Made by a program: the position numbers and the translations under genes
The notes under the pieces: model-generated
The model's database searches: none
Told to the model about the DNA's origin: nothing
Seen by the model: the letters and a program-made list of their open reading frames with translations, nothing else
DNA from: Patescibacteria group bacterium
GTDB taxonomy: Bacteria; Patescibacteriota; Minisyncoccia; Phycocordibacterales; UBA1550
NCBI GenBank assembly: GCA_038057125.1
Contig: JBBUDU010000001.1
Location: 997 to 64,996 of the forward strand
Direction: 5' to 3'
DNA: 64,000 nt
Shown: in pieces, positions 1 through 9,365 of the stretch
How positions within the stretch are numbered: position 1 is the first letter of the stretch
How the letters are laid out: each line of letters starts with the position of its first letter

Positions 1-277
1 TGGTTTTTTGATACTAGGACTTTTTCCCGCGCTGACTGACGGCGTGACTCGCGCTCTTGCCGCTGGGCTCTCTCATGAGGGCAACAGAGCTAGCGCGTAT
101 GGAATGGTGAATGCAACGGTGGGATTTGGCCTCATGTTTGCGGGTATTGCCGGCGGATATGTTTGGGAGCACTTTGGTTCAGGATACGCACTTCTCGCGG
201 GCAGTGCGTTCGTTGTCGCCGGTATCATCGTACTTTCGACAATAATTACAGATGAGAAAAAGTCGGCAACAACATAA
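1..277 (+). CDS. C-terminal fragment of an MFS-type permease (5' end outside window)
   Basis: Frame open to the window edge. Glycine-rich hydrophobic helices (GMVNATVGFGLMFAGIAGGYVW, LLAGSAFVVAGIIVLS) resemble terminal MFS helices. Stop at 275-277. Confidence 0.4.
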   Translation, partial: GFLILGLFPALTDGVTRALAAGLSHEGNRASAYGMVNATVGFGLMFAGIAGGYVWEHFGSGYALLAGSAFVVAGIIVLSTIITDEKKSATT

Positions 278-332
278 CCAACACATTGCAATGGCAAGCA
301 GTGACCGTCTTTTTGTAAAAATTACGCGATAG

Positions 333-381
333 TTAGTCCACACATCGTCATAGTTGCATCGATGGCGTGTCTTGATATACT
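333..381 (+). promoter_or_regulatory. Candidate promoter: TTAGTCCACA box variant plus extended -10 TGATATACT
   Basis: Box variant at 333-342 has a one-base insertion relative to TTATCCACA. TATACT at 376-381 is preceded by TGA. Same layout as the promoters at 42.3, 49.1 and 62.7 kb. Confidence 0.35.
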
Positions 382-382
382 T

Positions 383-537
383 ATACCATCCCCAATTAAC
401 CTATACATAATAACTCAAAAATTTCTGCTATGCCATTGGAAAAATCTTTCAAAATATCCCGATATTCCTCAATATTTTTCCTTCGGCTCGCTAGAAATTA
501 TTGAGTTCTTTATGTAAGAGTTAATTGGGGATGGTAT
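383..537 (+). repeat. Long rod-like inverted repeat, probable structured 5' leader of the 560 gene
   Basis: Perfect 18-bp arms ATACCATCCCCAATTAAC (383-400) and GTTAATTGGGGATGGTAT (520-537). Further internal pairing (GGAAAAAT/ATTTTTCC). Lies between the predicted -10 and the ATG at 560. Confidence 0.5.
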
Positions 538-559
538 TAACGAAATCGCTACTTACACC

Positions 560-1405
560 ATGGAATCCATTTTTGAAACATTTAAAAAAAGCGTGTACAA
601 TCCGGCTTTTTATAAAAGCGTCGCAGATGCTCCTTCTTCTGGGGCATTTCGATACTATATAAAATTTTCGCTCATCCTATCACTTTTAATGACGGTGGCA
701 CTCGGAATATTTTTTGTGCCTCAAGGGGTTTCTTTTATAAAAGAGCGCGCGCCGGATTTGGTGAAGACGTATTACCCAAAAGAGCTCGTGGTGAATATTG
801 AAAATGGAGTTGCAACGGCAAATGTCCAGATGCCATATTTTATCCCGCTTAAAAAAGTGTCTGGAGAGACTGAAAGCGGTGTGATGCAAAACATTCTCGT
901 CATTGACACGAGCGCGGGTTTTGATAAAAAGAAGTTTGAAGAATACAAAACATACGCGCTCCTCACTGGTACGGATATCATAACAAGGAATGATAATGGA
1001 CAGATTACGATTCAATCTTTGCGCGGATCACCGAAAATAACTATAAACCAAGATACACTCTTGTCGTGGGTCGAAAATGTTCGTAGCTACATGGGATATA
1101 TTGTTGTAGTAGGTATCATCGTTACATTTATGGCTATGGTGTTTGGGTACTTGATGTATCTCATACCGCTCTTTTTGTTTACTCTTATTCCTATTGTCAT
1201 CTCGTATGTTAAAAAGTCACCTATTTCCTACGCATCTGCGTACAAGATGAGTTTGTACGCAATCATTCCGGCGCTTGCCCTGAAGACATTGCTCAACACA
1301 CTGGGAGTATTCTCAATGCCAGCGTACTTCACCTTCCTTGTATTCATGCTTGTCATTGCGCTCAACATGCGCGAACAGGAACAACCGAAGTTGTTTAATA
1401 ATTAA
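560..1405 (+). CDS. Polytopic membrane protein, DUF1189-like
   Basis: 281-aa ORF. The N-terminus FETFKKSVYNPAFYKSV followed by TM helices resembles DUF1189 proteins. Four to five hydrophobic helices. Confidence 0.35.
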   Translation: MESIFETFKKSVYNPAFYKSVADAPSSGAFRYYIKFSLILSLLMTVALGIFFVPQGVSFIKERAPDLVKTYYPKELVVNIENGVATANVQMPYFIPLKKVSGETESGVMQNILVIDTSAGFDKKKFEEYKTYALLTGTDIITRNDNGQITIQSLRGSPKITINQDTLLSWVENVRSYMGYIVVVGIIVTFMAMVFGYLMYLIPLFLFTLIPIVISYVKKSPISYASAYKMSLYAIIPALALKTLLNTLGVFSMPAYFTFLVFMLVIALNMREQEQPKLFNN

Positions 1406-1851
1406 TTCGCCTTTAATTTTTTCCAGATTGTGATACCTAGCGCAAAAAGTAGCGCCGAAATAACAGCCGACACAATGCAGTAAATGCAGAATGCGCCGAT
1501 TTTGAATTTTTGGATATAAATAAAGTATAGCGACGATAAAAAGCCGAGTGTTGTTGCGACAAGGATGAGTTTTCCAATTAGAGCTTTTTTTGTATCAGCG
1601 TAGAGAATGGCGAGAAATCCAATGCCGAGGTAAAAGATAACACCCCACGCAGCAAGAGGCACTCCAAAGAGCACCGAGTACGGAGATTTTGAAACCGTGT
1701 CGCATCCACTCGTGATGAAGCAGGGGATTGGCGTGCCTGAGATGCGCTTTGCGAGAAGGAATGCCGAGTCGGTGAAGCCAACAAGCGCGAGCGCGGTGAC
1801 TGTCCAAAGAATCCAGTTGGGGATATTACGGATTTGCGATTGCATATTCAA
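1402..1851 (-). CDS. Vitamin K epoxide reductase (VKOR) family protein
   Basis: Four TM helices. Loop cysteines CFITSGC with SPYSVLFGVPLAAWG, and the CIYC (CXXC) motif in the last helix. Confidence 0.7.
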   Translation of the reverse strand: MNMQSQIRNIPNWILWTVTALALVGFTDSAFLLAKRISGTPIPCFITSGCDTVSKSPYSVLFGVPLAAWGVIFYLGIGFLAILYADTKKALIGKLILVATTLGFLSSLYFIYIQKFKIGAFCIYCIVSAVISALLFALGITIWKKLKAN

Positions 1852-2482
1852 TGAGCGCTTTTAGCTCGTTAGCGGAGCGCGGATTGGTTGATATTTTCCC
1901 GTTGATAAAAAAAGTTGGAGTACCCCTCACCATAGAAAGTTTCCCGCTCTCCATGTCGCGTTCAACCTTGCTCTTGACTCCACCGCTCTTTACATCGGTT
2001 TTGTATTGTTCAATGTTAAGACCAAGTTTTTGCGCGTAACCTTCAAATGTGATTTGTGCCTTTGCGTCCTCTGACCAATCACGCTGGTTTTCAAAAAGCA
2101 TGGCAGCCATTTCCCAGAACTTGCCTTGCTTACCGGCCGCTTCCGAAGCGTATGCCGCATGTGTGGCATTTTTATGAAAAGGAAGAGGAAAGTGGCGATA
2201 AGTGAATGAGACGCGGTCTTTGTATTCCGCAAACATTTCTTCAATGAGTGGGTAGTACGCACCGCACGCAGGGCACTGAAAATCGCTGTACTCAACTATT
2301 GTTGCTTTTGGCGTTTTTGAACCCTTTGTCCAGTCGCTTTGGTCGAGAGGTAGATCCATTTTGCCGTCTTTGCGCGGAAGCTCCGTGCTTGGGCCTGTGG
2401 CTATTTGATATGCGCCGATTGCGGTGACAATTACCACAAGCGCCGCTGAAAACCAAATAATAATTCTTTTTTGTGTATCCAT
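1826..2482 (-). CDS. DsbA-family thiol:disulfide oxidoreductase, membrane-anchored
   Basis: N-terminal anchor helix. Thioredoxin-fold active site FQCPACGAYYP (CPAC). Overlaps and is co-oriented with the VKOR gene. Confidence 0.7.
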   Translation of the reverse strand: MDTQKRIIIWFSAALVVIVTAIGAYQIATGPSTELPRKDGKMDLPLDQSDWTKGSKTPKATIVEYSDFQCPACGAYYPLIEEMFAEYKDRVSFTYRHFPLPFHKNATHAAYASEAAGKQGKFWEMAAMLFENQRDWSEDAKAQITFEGYAQKLGLNIEQYKTDVKSGGVKSKVERDMESGKLSMVRGTPTFFINGKISTNPRSANELKALIEYAIANP

Positions 2483-2613
2483 TATTCTTTGATAGTATCA
2501 ATGTTCTGGGAACATGGCAAGTTTAGCACGCAAGCAGAGCAATAGTGAGCTATCGTGCACTATTGCTTAGGACGTATTTGGGAAGTTTCGCGTTTGTCGT
2601 GTAGAATAGAAGA

Positions 2614-3942
2614 ATGAAATATCAAGGATACGCGAACGAAGGTGGGGCAGTTGTAGACACAGCGCACGCAAATGAGTATGTTGCAAAAATGCGCCGTGCA
2701 ATGAGCGACAGCGCATACTCACTGCCGGAATCCTCACTACGCCTGCCTTTTGATGAAGGACTTTTAAAAAAATCACAAAAACTTGCCGCGAAGTTGGCGG
2801 GACCAAAACTCGCATACATTCTCGACATCGGCATCGGTGGCTCGAACCTCGGCGCAAAAGCGCTTTACGAAGCAACGGCAGGTACAATGGATGCGCACAC
2901 ACCATTCGCGCCTAAAATGCTTTTTGCAGACACATGTTCTCCGGAGCTCCTCGCTGACATCATCGAAATCCTTTTGAGCGAGATTACCGATAAGGAAGAA
3001 ATCATCATTATCGTTTCGAGTAAATCAGGCACAACCACAGAGACTATCACCAACGCATCTGTTCTTGTGGGCGCGCTCGAAAAAAAGCTCGGCCCGCTCG
3101 CAGACCGTATCGTATGTATCACTGATGAAAATTCCCCGCTTTGGCAAGTTGGGGAAAAACAAAAATACCATTTGTTGCCGGTTCCCAAAATGGTTGTCGG
3201 GCGATTTTCAGTGTTTTCACCAGCTGGGTTATTTCCGCTTTTGTGCGCTGGAGTGGAAGGGGACATACTTCTCCGCGGCGCGCAGTCTGTTATACACGAC
3301 ACAATCGATCGCTCTACCGCTAGTGACTCTTTTAAAGCCGCACAGGATATTATTTCTTGGCACGAAAAAGGAGCCGTCGTATTTGACCTTTTTGTGTTCC
3401 ACCCGGAGCTCGAATCTGTTGGCAAATGGTACCGCCAGCTCTTTGCGGAAAGCATCGGCAAGGAGAAAACAGTTGACGGTGTTCCCACGACGCACCGCAT
3501 CGTGCCCACAGTCTCCATTGGTTCAGTCGACCTACATTCGGTGGAGCAGATGAATCTCGCACAGCCTCGCATTAGTGCACGTTTTCTTTTGCGCGCGCAT
3601 GCTTCGCACTGGGAGCACCAGTTTTTGGCAGAGGATAAAATCTTTGCGCCGCTTGTGCCGGGCGTTTTGCGTCGCGCGCCATGTGAGGTGCTCGACGCTA
3701 TTTACAAAGGAGTGACAGAAACGTATCATTCTCGCGGAGTTTCATTTGGTGAAATTTCACTTACGGATCTTGATCCGGAGTCACTTGGCGCGCTCCTTCA
3801 GTTTATGATGTGTACTACGATGCACCTCGCAAACCTCCTCCACATAAATGCCTTCGACCAGCCAAACGTAGAGGCATATAAAGATACCACGAGAAGGATA
3901 CTTGGGGAATCAGGTGGAACACTTGGGATAGGAAGAACATAA
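2614..3942 (+). CDS. pgi: Glucose-6-phosphate isomerase (short bacterial/archaeal type)
   Basis: SIS-domain motifs DIGIGGSNLGAKALYEA and SKSGTTTETI. 442 aa. Confidence 0.8.
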   Translation: MKYQGYANEGGAVVDTAHANEYVAKMRRAMSDSAYSLPESSLRLPFDEGLLKKSQKLAAKLAGPKLAYILDIGIGGSNLGAKALYEATAGTMDAHTPFAPKMLFADTCSPELLADIIEILLSEITDKEEIIIIVSSKSGTTTETITNASVLVGALEKKLGPLADRIVCITDENSPLWQVGEKQKYHLLPVPKMVVGRFSVFSPAGLFPLLCAGVEGDILLRGAQSVIHDTIDRSTASDSFKAAQDIISWHEKGAVVFDLFVFHPELESVGKWYRQLFAESIGKEKTVDGVPTTHRIVPTVSIGSVDLHSVEQMNLAQPRISARFLLRAHASHWEHQFLAEDKIFAPLVPGVLRRAPCEVLDAIYKGVTETYHSRGVSFGEISLTDLDPESLGALLQFMMCTTMHLANLLHINAFDQPNVEAYKDTTRRILGESGGTLGIGRT

Positions 3943-4035
3943 GGAGTAAACGCACAGTCGCTACGCTCCGAATGTTCCCGTTATTCTTCCGCTTATGGTA
4001 CAATATACACATTAGTAACGATTAATTTTTTATTT

Positions 4036-4449
4036 ATGAAGCACACGGGAATATACATAGGTGCGTTTGCCGTGCTTGCCATACCGGCAGTCACTTTTGC
4101 GCAAACATTCGGTTCGTATGGTGCATGGCAAACTTTGATAACGATTGAAGACAATTCAAAATTGCTCGAAATGATTTCACTTTGGTCGACGCTCATTGTT
4201 GCTTTTGTCACGACCGCGATGGTGTGGATTGGCGGACGCAAGATGCACGGAGGCGTTTTTGGGAGCGTACTCAACTATTTCAGTCTTGGTATGACACTTG
4301 TTTTTTTGGGTTTTGTCACAGAAGTGTCGTGGTTTCAACAAATAGACGAGCTCTATCTAAAAATGATAAATAACTCATTCTATGTTATTGGATATGTGCT
4401 CATGGGTGTTGCGGCAAGTAAGCTTCTAAGGGTTATTAAAGGCGAATAA
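4036..4449 (+). CDS. Small membrane protein, unknown function
   Basis: 137-aa ORF with a signal-like N-terminus and three more hydrophobic helices. Heads a same-strand run with the kinase genes. Confidence 0.5.
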   Translation: MKHTGIYIGAFAVLAIPAVTFAQTFGSYGAWQTLITIEDNSKLLEMISLWSTLIVAFVTTAMVWIGGRKMHGGVFGSVLNYFSLGMTLVFLGFVTEVSWFQQIDELYLKMINNSFYVIGYVLMGVAASKLLRVIKGE

Positions 4450-4460
4450 TTATTACTACT

Positions 4461-4730
4461 ATGGATCAAGCAGAACAATACAAAGCAGTGATGTCAGAGA
4501 TTATCGCAAAGCAGAGCATTATTCTTGGCCCTGATATGGCTATCGCGCGCGCAAAAAAAGTTTCCGGTGTTGAGATTTCGGAAAAAGGAGAAGTGGTGAG
4601 TATTAGTGGCGACACAGCAGAAGCGCTCAAGCGTCTAATTGACACGTACGTTGAACTTTCGGGGCAGATTGTTAAGAACGCTCTTGGCCCTATTTTCACG
4701 AAGTATCCTGACATAAAACAGGATCATTAA
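4461..4730 (+). CDS. Hypothetical soluble protein
   Basis: 89-aa ORF packed tightly between 4036-4449 and the kinase gene. No recognisable motif. Confidence 0.4.
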   Translation: MDQAEQYKAVMSEIIAKQSIILGPDMAIARAKKVSGVEISEKGEVVSISGDTAEALKRLIDTYVELSGQIVKNALGPIFTKYPDIKQDH

Positions 4731-4732
4731 AC

Positions 4733-6487
4733 ATGGTTCCATTTGAGCTACTTCTAGTCATTTTTATTTCTGTCGCGCTGTATATTGCAGTCGTTCTTTT
4801 TTCTTATATAGGATTAAGACGTATGAAGCGCGATGTTTTAGAACAAGGGCGCGATGCAAAGCGCCACATGTACGAGATTGCGATTTTAAAAGAAATAGGA
4901 GACCGCACCGGGTACTCGCTCAACATCCAAAAAATTCTTGATGTTATCGTTGGGTCGCTCAACCAATTTCTCGAATACAGCGCAGTGTCCTACATGCTCC
5001 TCAGCCCATCAAAGATTGTTTTCAAGGTTGACCTTGACGAACCTGTGTCGACGCAATTCATTAAAGATATCCGTACTCGCATGCTCTCCTCTCTTTCTGC
5101 CCTTTTGGGGAGGGAGCTTACGGAAACCGAAGTTGAGGAAACAATCACCGGAGCTATTATGCAGGGTATTCCGACGGGTCCGGTACAGTCATATTTCAAC
5201 ATTCCTCTGGTAATAGGAGAACAGCTCGTGGGTGTTCTCACTGTGTCCAACACGAAACCTGGGCTCTACAAAGAATCGGAAATGGAAATTTTGTACAAAA
5301 TCGTAAATCAGGCGTCGCAGGCGGTAACAAAACTTGAAGAAGTCGTAAAAACGGAACAAGGGAAAATAGCGGCAATGCTCGAAAGTATGCTCGAAGGCGT
5401 GGTGATGACCGACCGAGACTATCGTGTTGTTGCTTCAAACCCCGCAGCGAAGCTTGTTATTGGGCACAAAGGAGAAGGCGCGCTGACTATCTTTGATTTT
5501 ATAGATGCGTTTAAGGGCGTGTTCGATGTCCGAAGCAAACTTGAAGAGGCAATCAAGCTCGATAAAATTCTCACTATTCCGGAAATCTTTTTTGGTAATA
5601 AATATTATCAAGTGGTCGTGTCGCCTGTGAAGTCAAATGTCGGCTTGTCCCGCGGTGAAATCTTGGGCGGGGTCGTTATTTTTCATGATATCACCCACGA
5701 AAAAGAAGCCGAGAAAATGCGCAACGACTTTACCTCTATGATGGTGCACGAGCTTCGTTCCCCTCTCGGGAATATTAAAAAGATTGGCGAGATGATGCGC
5801 TCTTCAAAGGTACTTGAGGACAAAAAAGCATCGAGCGAATATGTGTCGATGCTTTACGAGAGTTCATCTTCTATGCTCGACCTCGTGAATGATTTGCTTG
5901 ATGTGGCAAAACTCGAAGCAGGCAAGTTTGGGGTTGAAAAAAGCCCCGTAGACATAAAAGAAATCCTTGCTGAGCGAGTTAGATTTTTTGATACTACTGC
6001 GCGTGATGCGGGGATAAATTTAAAGTTATTCGTGGCGGGCGTTGTTCCAGATAGGGTATCCGTTGACACAAAGAGGATTATGCAAGTGCTGAATAATTTG
6101 CTTTCAAACTCTTTAAACTACACATCCAAAGATGGCACGGTAACGGTAATTTGTTTCAACCACAAAAATGGTCTTGCTCTTGGAGAAGAGGCGCGCGCGT
6201 ATTCTGTTCCGTGGGTTCTAGATAATATGCCTGTTCCCGCAACTACTATTCCCGATAGCGTGGTGATCGCGGTCACCGACACGGGAGAGGGTATCAGTAT
6301 CGAAAACATTGAAAAACTTTTTAATAAATTTACACAATTTGCTTCAAGCGTGCGTCAGTCTGAACACAAAGGTACTGGTCTCGGTCTCGTTATCGCAAAA
6401 GGTATCGTTATGGCGCACGGTGGCGTAATCGGCGTGGGCTCAAAAAAGGGGACTGGAAGCACCTTTTATTTCACACTTCCTCTTTAG
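4733..6487 (+). CDS. Sensor histidine kinase (TM, GAF/PAS-like, HisKA, HATPase_c)
   Basis: One N-terminal TM helix. H-box MVHELRSPL. N box LNNLLSNSLNYT. G boxes DTGEGI and GTGLGL. Confidence 0.85.
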   Translation: MVPFELLLVIFISVALYIAVVLFSYIGLRRMKRDVLEQGRDAKRHMYEIAILKEIGDRTGYSLNIQKILDVIVGSLNQFLEYSAVSYMLLSPSKIVFKVDLDEPVSTQFIKDIRTRMLSSLSALLGRELTETEVEETITGAIMQGIPTGPVQSYFNIPLVIGEQLVGVLTVSNTKPGLYKESEMEILYKIVNQASQAVTKLEEVVKTEQGKIAAMLESMLEGVVMTDRDYRVVASNPAAKLVIGHKGEGALTIFDFIDAFKGVFDVRSKLEEAIKLDKILTIPEIFFGNKYYQVVVSPVKSNVGLSRGEILGGVVIFHDITHEKEAEKMRNDFTSMMVHELRSPLGNIKKIGEMMRSSKVLEDKKASSEYVSMLYESSSSMLDLVNDLLDVAKLEAGKFGVEKSPVDIKEILAERVRFFDTTARDAGINLKLFVAGVVPDRVSVDTKRIMQVLNNLLSNSLNYTSKDGTVTVICFNHKNGLALGEEARAYSVPWVLDNMPVPATTIPDSVVIAVTDTGEGISIENIEKLFNKFTQFASSVRQSEHKGTGLGLVIAKGIVMAHGGVIGVGSKKGTGSTFYFTLPL

Positions 6488-6515
6488 TTGCTTTGTAGTA
6501 TACTGTGTATCATAT

Positions 6516-6893
6516 ATGATAAAAAAAATACTGATTATTGACGACGACAAAATCTTTTCAAAGATTCTTCGTGATGGCTTGCTTGCTGGCGGAAACGGGA
6601 AGTACGAGGTCGTATCGGCCTTTGACGGAGAGGAGGGATTCGAGGTTGCAATGCGTGAGAAGCCCGACCTCATTATGCTGGACATGATGATGCCAAAAGT
6701 CACCGGTATTGAGTTTTTGAAAAAACTCCGCAACGAAGATTGGGGCAAGGACATGCCAGTGATTGTGGAGACACAGCTTTCCGATATGGAGAAAATGAAC
6801 GAAGGGATGGAGCTTGGCGTGCGCGGGTATATTATCAAATCGGATTATTCTCTTGATACAATCCTGCGTCAGGTGGAGGACATTCTTAAATAA
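6516..6893 (+). CDS. Single-domain response regulator (receiver only)
   Basis: ILIIDDD acidic pocket and phospho-acceptor context DLIMLDMMMP. 125 aa with no output domain. Confidence 0.85.
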   Translation: MIKKILIIDDDKIFSKILRDGLLAGGNGKYEVVSAFDGEEGFEVAMREKPDLIMLDMMMPKVTGIEFLKKLRNEDWGKDMPVIVETQLSDMEKMNEGMELGVRGYIIKSDYSLDTILRQVEDILK

Positions 6894-6931
6894 TTCTTAC
6901 AAACGGTCCGACTTTTGTAAATAAAAATACT

Positions 6932-7741
6932 ATGGAAAACAGCAACGAAAAAAGTAAGGCAAACTTGTTCAAAGCGCTTACGGTGTTTGCGCTTCTCGGC
7001 ACAGTGCTTGTTGGCGCAATGGTTATCACAGAAGTCAAAGCATACCGTTTTATAGGAGGTGGTGTTTCTGCGACAAATACCATTTCTGTTGAAGGTACTG
7101 CGGAAGTGTTTGCGGCGCCCGATATTGCAAACATTTCATTTACTATTAGAGAGGAAGCCGCGAAAGTTTCTGACGCGCAAGATAAAGTGGCCAAGAAAAC
7201 AAAAATAGCTCTTGCTGGTGTGCGAAAGCTAGGCGTGGCAGACAAGGATATAAAAACACAAAACTACAGCTCATATCCAAAGTATGAATGGCGAGAAGGA
7301 ACGGTAACGTGTCAGGGTTTGAATTGCCCGCCACCACGCCCTGGGAAGCAAGTAATTGTGGGTTACGAAGTTTCGCAAAGTGTATCTATTAAAGTACGCA
7401 ATTTGGAATCGGTGAATGCGCTCGTGGATGGACTTGCAACTGCTGGTGTTACGGAAATGCAGGGGCCGAATTTTGCAATTGATGACGAAGACGGATTGAA
7501 GGCCGAAGCGAGGAAACAGGCGATAGACAAAGCGCGCGCAAAGGCAGAAGTGCTTGCTGGAGACCTCGGTGTGACTCTTGTTCGCATCGTGTCCTTTTCA
7601 GAGGGCGGTAACTACCCTATTTATTCACGCACGATGATGAGTGCTGAAAAATCGATGTTAAGCTCGGATAGCTTGCCCGAGATCCCGCAAGGAGAAGAAA
7701 AAATCACCTCAAATGTGACGGTGACGTATGAAATTAGGTAG
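6932..7741 (+). CDS. SIMPL/DUF541 family secreted protein
   Basis: N-terminal anchor. The pattern VEGTAEVFAAPDIANISFTI ... GPNFAIDD ... ARKQAIDKARAKAEVLA is typical of DUF541. Confidence 0.65.
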   Translation: MENSNEKSKANLFKALTVFALLGTVLVGAMVITEVKAYRFIGGGVSATNTISVEGTAEVFAAPDIANISFTIREEAAKVSDAQDKVAKKTKIALAGVRKLGVADKDIKTQNYSSYPKYEWREGTVTCQGLNCPPPRPGKQVIVGYEVSQSVSIKVRNLESVNALVDGLATAGVTEMQGPNFAIDDEDGLKAEARKQAIDKARAKAEVLAGDLGVTLVRIVSFSEGGNYPIYSRTMMSAEKSMLSSDSLPEIPQGEEKITSNVTVTYEIR

Positions 7742-7770
7742 AGATTGGGCGGAATATTGAATTATAGAAC

Positions 7771-7804
7771 AAAGGGGTTGGCGCCGTAGGCGCCAACCCC
7801 TTTG
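7771..7804 (+). terminator. Intrinsic terminator hairpin
   Basis: AAAGGGGTTGGCGCC-GTA-GGCGCCAACCCCTTTG, a perfect GC-rich stem flanked by A/T runs. Confidence 0.7.
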
Positions 7805-7881
7805 TTGACTTTTCTTTGTCAAAAGAGTACAGTAGGTGAAAGCCCTACGGGGCGGTTTTTTAAATACAAGATACAAATATC

Positions 7882-8064
7882 ATGCAATTCATCGAATATA
7901 TCAAAGAGTCAAAAGGTGAACTCGCTCATGTCACTTGGCCATCACGCAGGCAGGCAATTGTTTTTACGGTGCTTGTTATTGTGATTTCAGTTTTGACATC
8001 GCTTTACCTCGGAGCATTCGATAGCTTGTTTACAACACTTATTAAAAAGTTTATCGTTCGTTAA
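7882..8064 (+). CDS. secE: Preprotein translocase subunit SecE
   Basis: 60 aa with a single C-terminal TM helix. Contains the KGELAHVTWPSRRQ motif. Lies immediately upstream of nusG. Confidence 0.8.
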   Translation: MQFIEYIKESKGELAHVTWPSRRQAIVFTVLVIVISVLTSLYLGAFDSLFTTLIKKFIVR

Positions 8065-8083
8065 TTTTTTAATTTTATCCATT

Positions 8084-8629
8084 ATGGCAAAACAAGAAAC
8101 AACAGGCGAGCGCAATTGGTATGCAATCCACACATACGTGGGGTATGAAAATGCCGTTCTTCGCAACCTGAAACAGCGCATCGAGTCCCTCGGCATGGAG
8201 GACAAGATTTTCAATGTAGTTGTTCCGATGGAAAAAAAGATAAAGGTGAAAGGCGCAAAGCGTGTTGAGGTGGAAGAAAAAATCTACCCTGGATATATCC
8301 TTGTGGATATGATTGTAACCGACGATTCTTGGTATGTGGTGAGGAATACTCCACGAGTAACAGGATTCGTTGGCGCGGGAGTTACACCGGTTCCATTGGC
8401 AAAAGCAGAAGCAGATGCACTATTTGCTCGTATTGCAGAGGGGACACCAAAGCACAATATCGACCTTGTGGTGGGCGACCATGTCACCATTGTCGACGGT
8501 CCGTTCAAGGATCTTGAAGGTAAAGTTTCGGAAGTGGACAATGAACGTGGCCGCGCAAAGGTACTTGTTTCAATGTTTGGTCGCGAAACACCGGTAGAGC
8601 TTGATTTTCTTCAAATTCATAAGATTTAA
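8084..8629 (+). CDS. nusG: Transcription termination/antitermination factor NusG
   Basis: NGN start NWYAIHTYVGYENAV. KOW motif GDHVTIVDGPFKDLEGKV. Confidence 0.9.
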   Translation: MAKQETTGERNWYAIHTYVGYENAVLRNLKQRIESLGMEDKIFNVVVPMEKKIKVKGAKRVEVEEKIYPGYILVDMIVTDDSWYVVRNTPRVTGFVGAGVTPVPLAKAEADALFARIAEGTPKHNIDLVVGDHVTIVDGPFKDLEGKVSEVDNERGRAKVLVSMFGRETPVELDFLQIHKI

Positions 8630-8717
8630 GACCGAAAACCGTAAGGGATTGAAAAATTTTCCGACTTAGGGTAGACTCAACAAATTCCACAATTAACTAA
8701 AATAGCAATTTAAACAG

Positions 8718-9140
8718 ATGGCAAAGAAAATAACAAAAAAAGTAAAAGTAGTGATTCCCGCAGGCAAGGCAACGCCGGCTCCTCCTTTGGGTCCCGCTCT
8801 TGGTCAGGCAGGCGTGAACATCGGTGAATTCGTTACAAAATTCAACGATGCTACTAAGGGGAAAATTGGAGACATGGTTCCAGTGGTTATCACCGTGTAT
8901 GAGGACCGCTCGTTCACTTTTGTAATGAAGACTCCTCCAGCATCAGGACTCATCATAAAAGCGGCAGGCGTAGAGGGTGGCTCAAGCAAGCCCGGTACTA
9001 GCAAAGCAGGGGCAATCACCAAGGCGCAACTTAAAGAAATCGCAGAAAAGAAAATGCCCGACCTCTCCGCAAACGACATCGAGGCCGCGATGAAAATAAT
9101 CGCCGGCAGCGCGCGCTCAGCAGGAATCGAGGTGAAGTAA
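8718..9140 (+). CDS. rplK: 50S ribosomal protein L11
   Basis: [22 protein letters not shown] signature. 140 aa. Confidence 0.95.
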   Translation: MAKKITKKVKVVIPAGKATPAPPLGPALGQAGVNIGEFVTKFNDATKGKIGDMVPVVITVYEDRSFTFVMKTPPASGLIIKAAGVEGGSSKPGTSKAGAITKAQLKEIAEKKMPDLSANDIEAAMKIIAGSARSAGIEVK

Positions 9141-9182
9141 AAATAAAATAGCGGGCACGAAAGTGCCCGCTATTTTATTTTT
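9141..9182 (+). terminator. Intrinsic terminator after rplK
   Basis: AAAATAAAATAGCGGGCAC-GAAA-GTGCCCGCTATTTTATTTTT. Confidence 0.8.
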
Positions 9183-9318
9183 ACGGAACCCAGCTCTATT
9201 TTCACCGTACAGATAAATTGGCACAAAGTCCGTTTTGTTTAGAAGTAAATAAAAAATGAAAGGTTGTTTATGTAAAAATAGGGCTGGGTGAAGTAAGTTT
9301 TAAAACTCATGCAGAAAA

Positions 9319-9348
9319 AAGGGCGACAACCTTGCGGTTGTCGCCCTT
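9319..9348 (-). terminator. Terminator hairpin downstream of thyA
   Basis: AAGGGCGACAAC-CTTGC-GGTTGTCGCCCTT, flanked by A and T runs, so potentially bidirectional. Confidence 0.7.
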
Positions 9349-9365
9349 TGAATTTTTACTACTTG

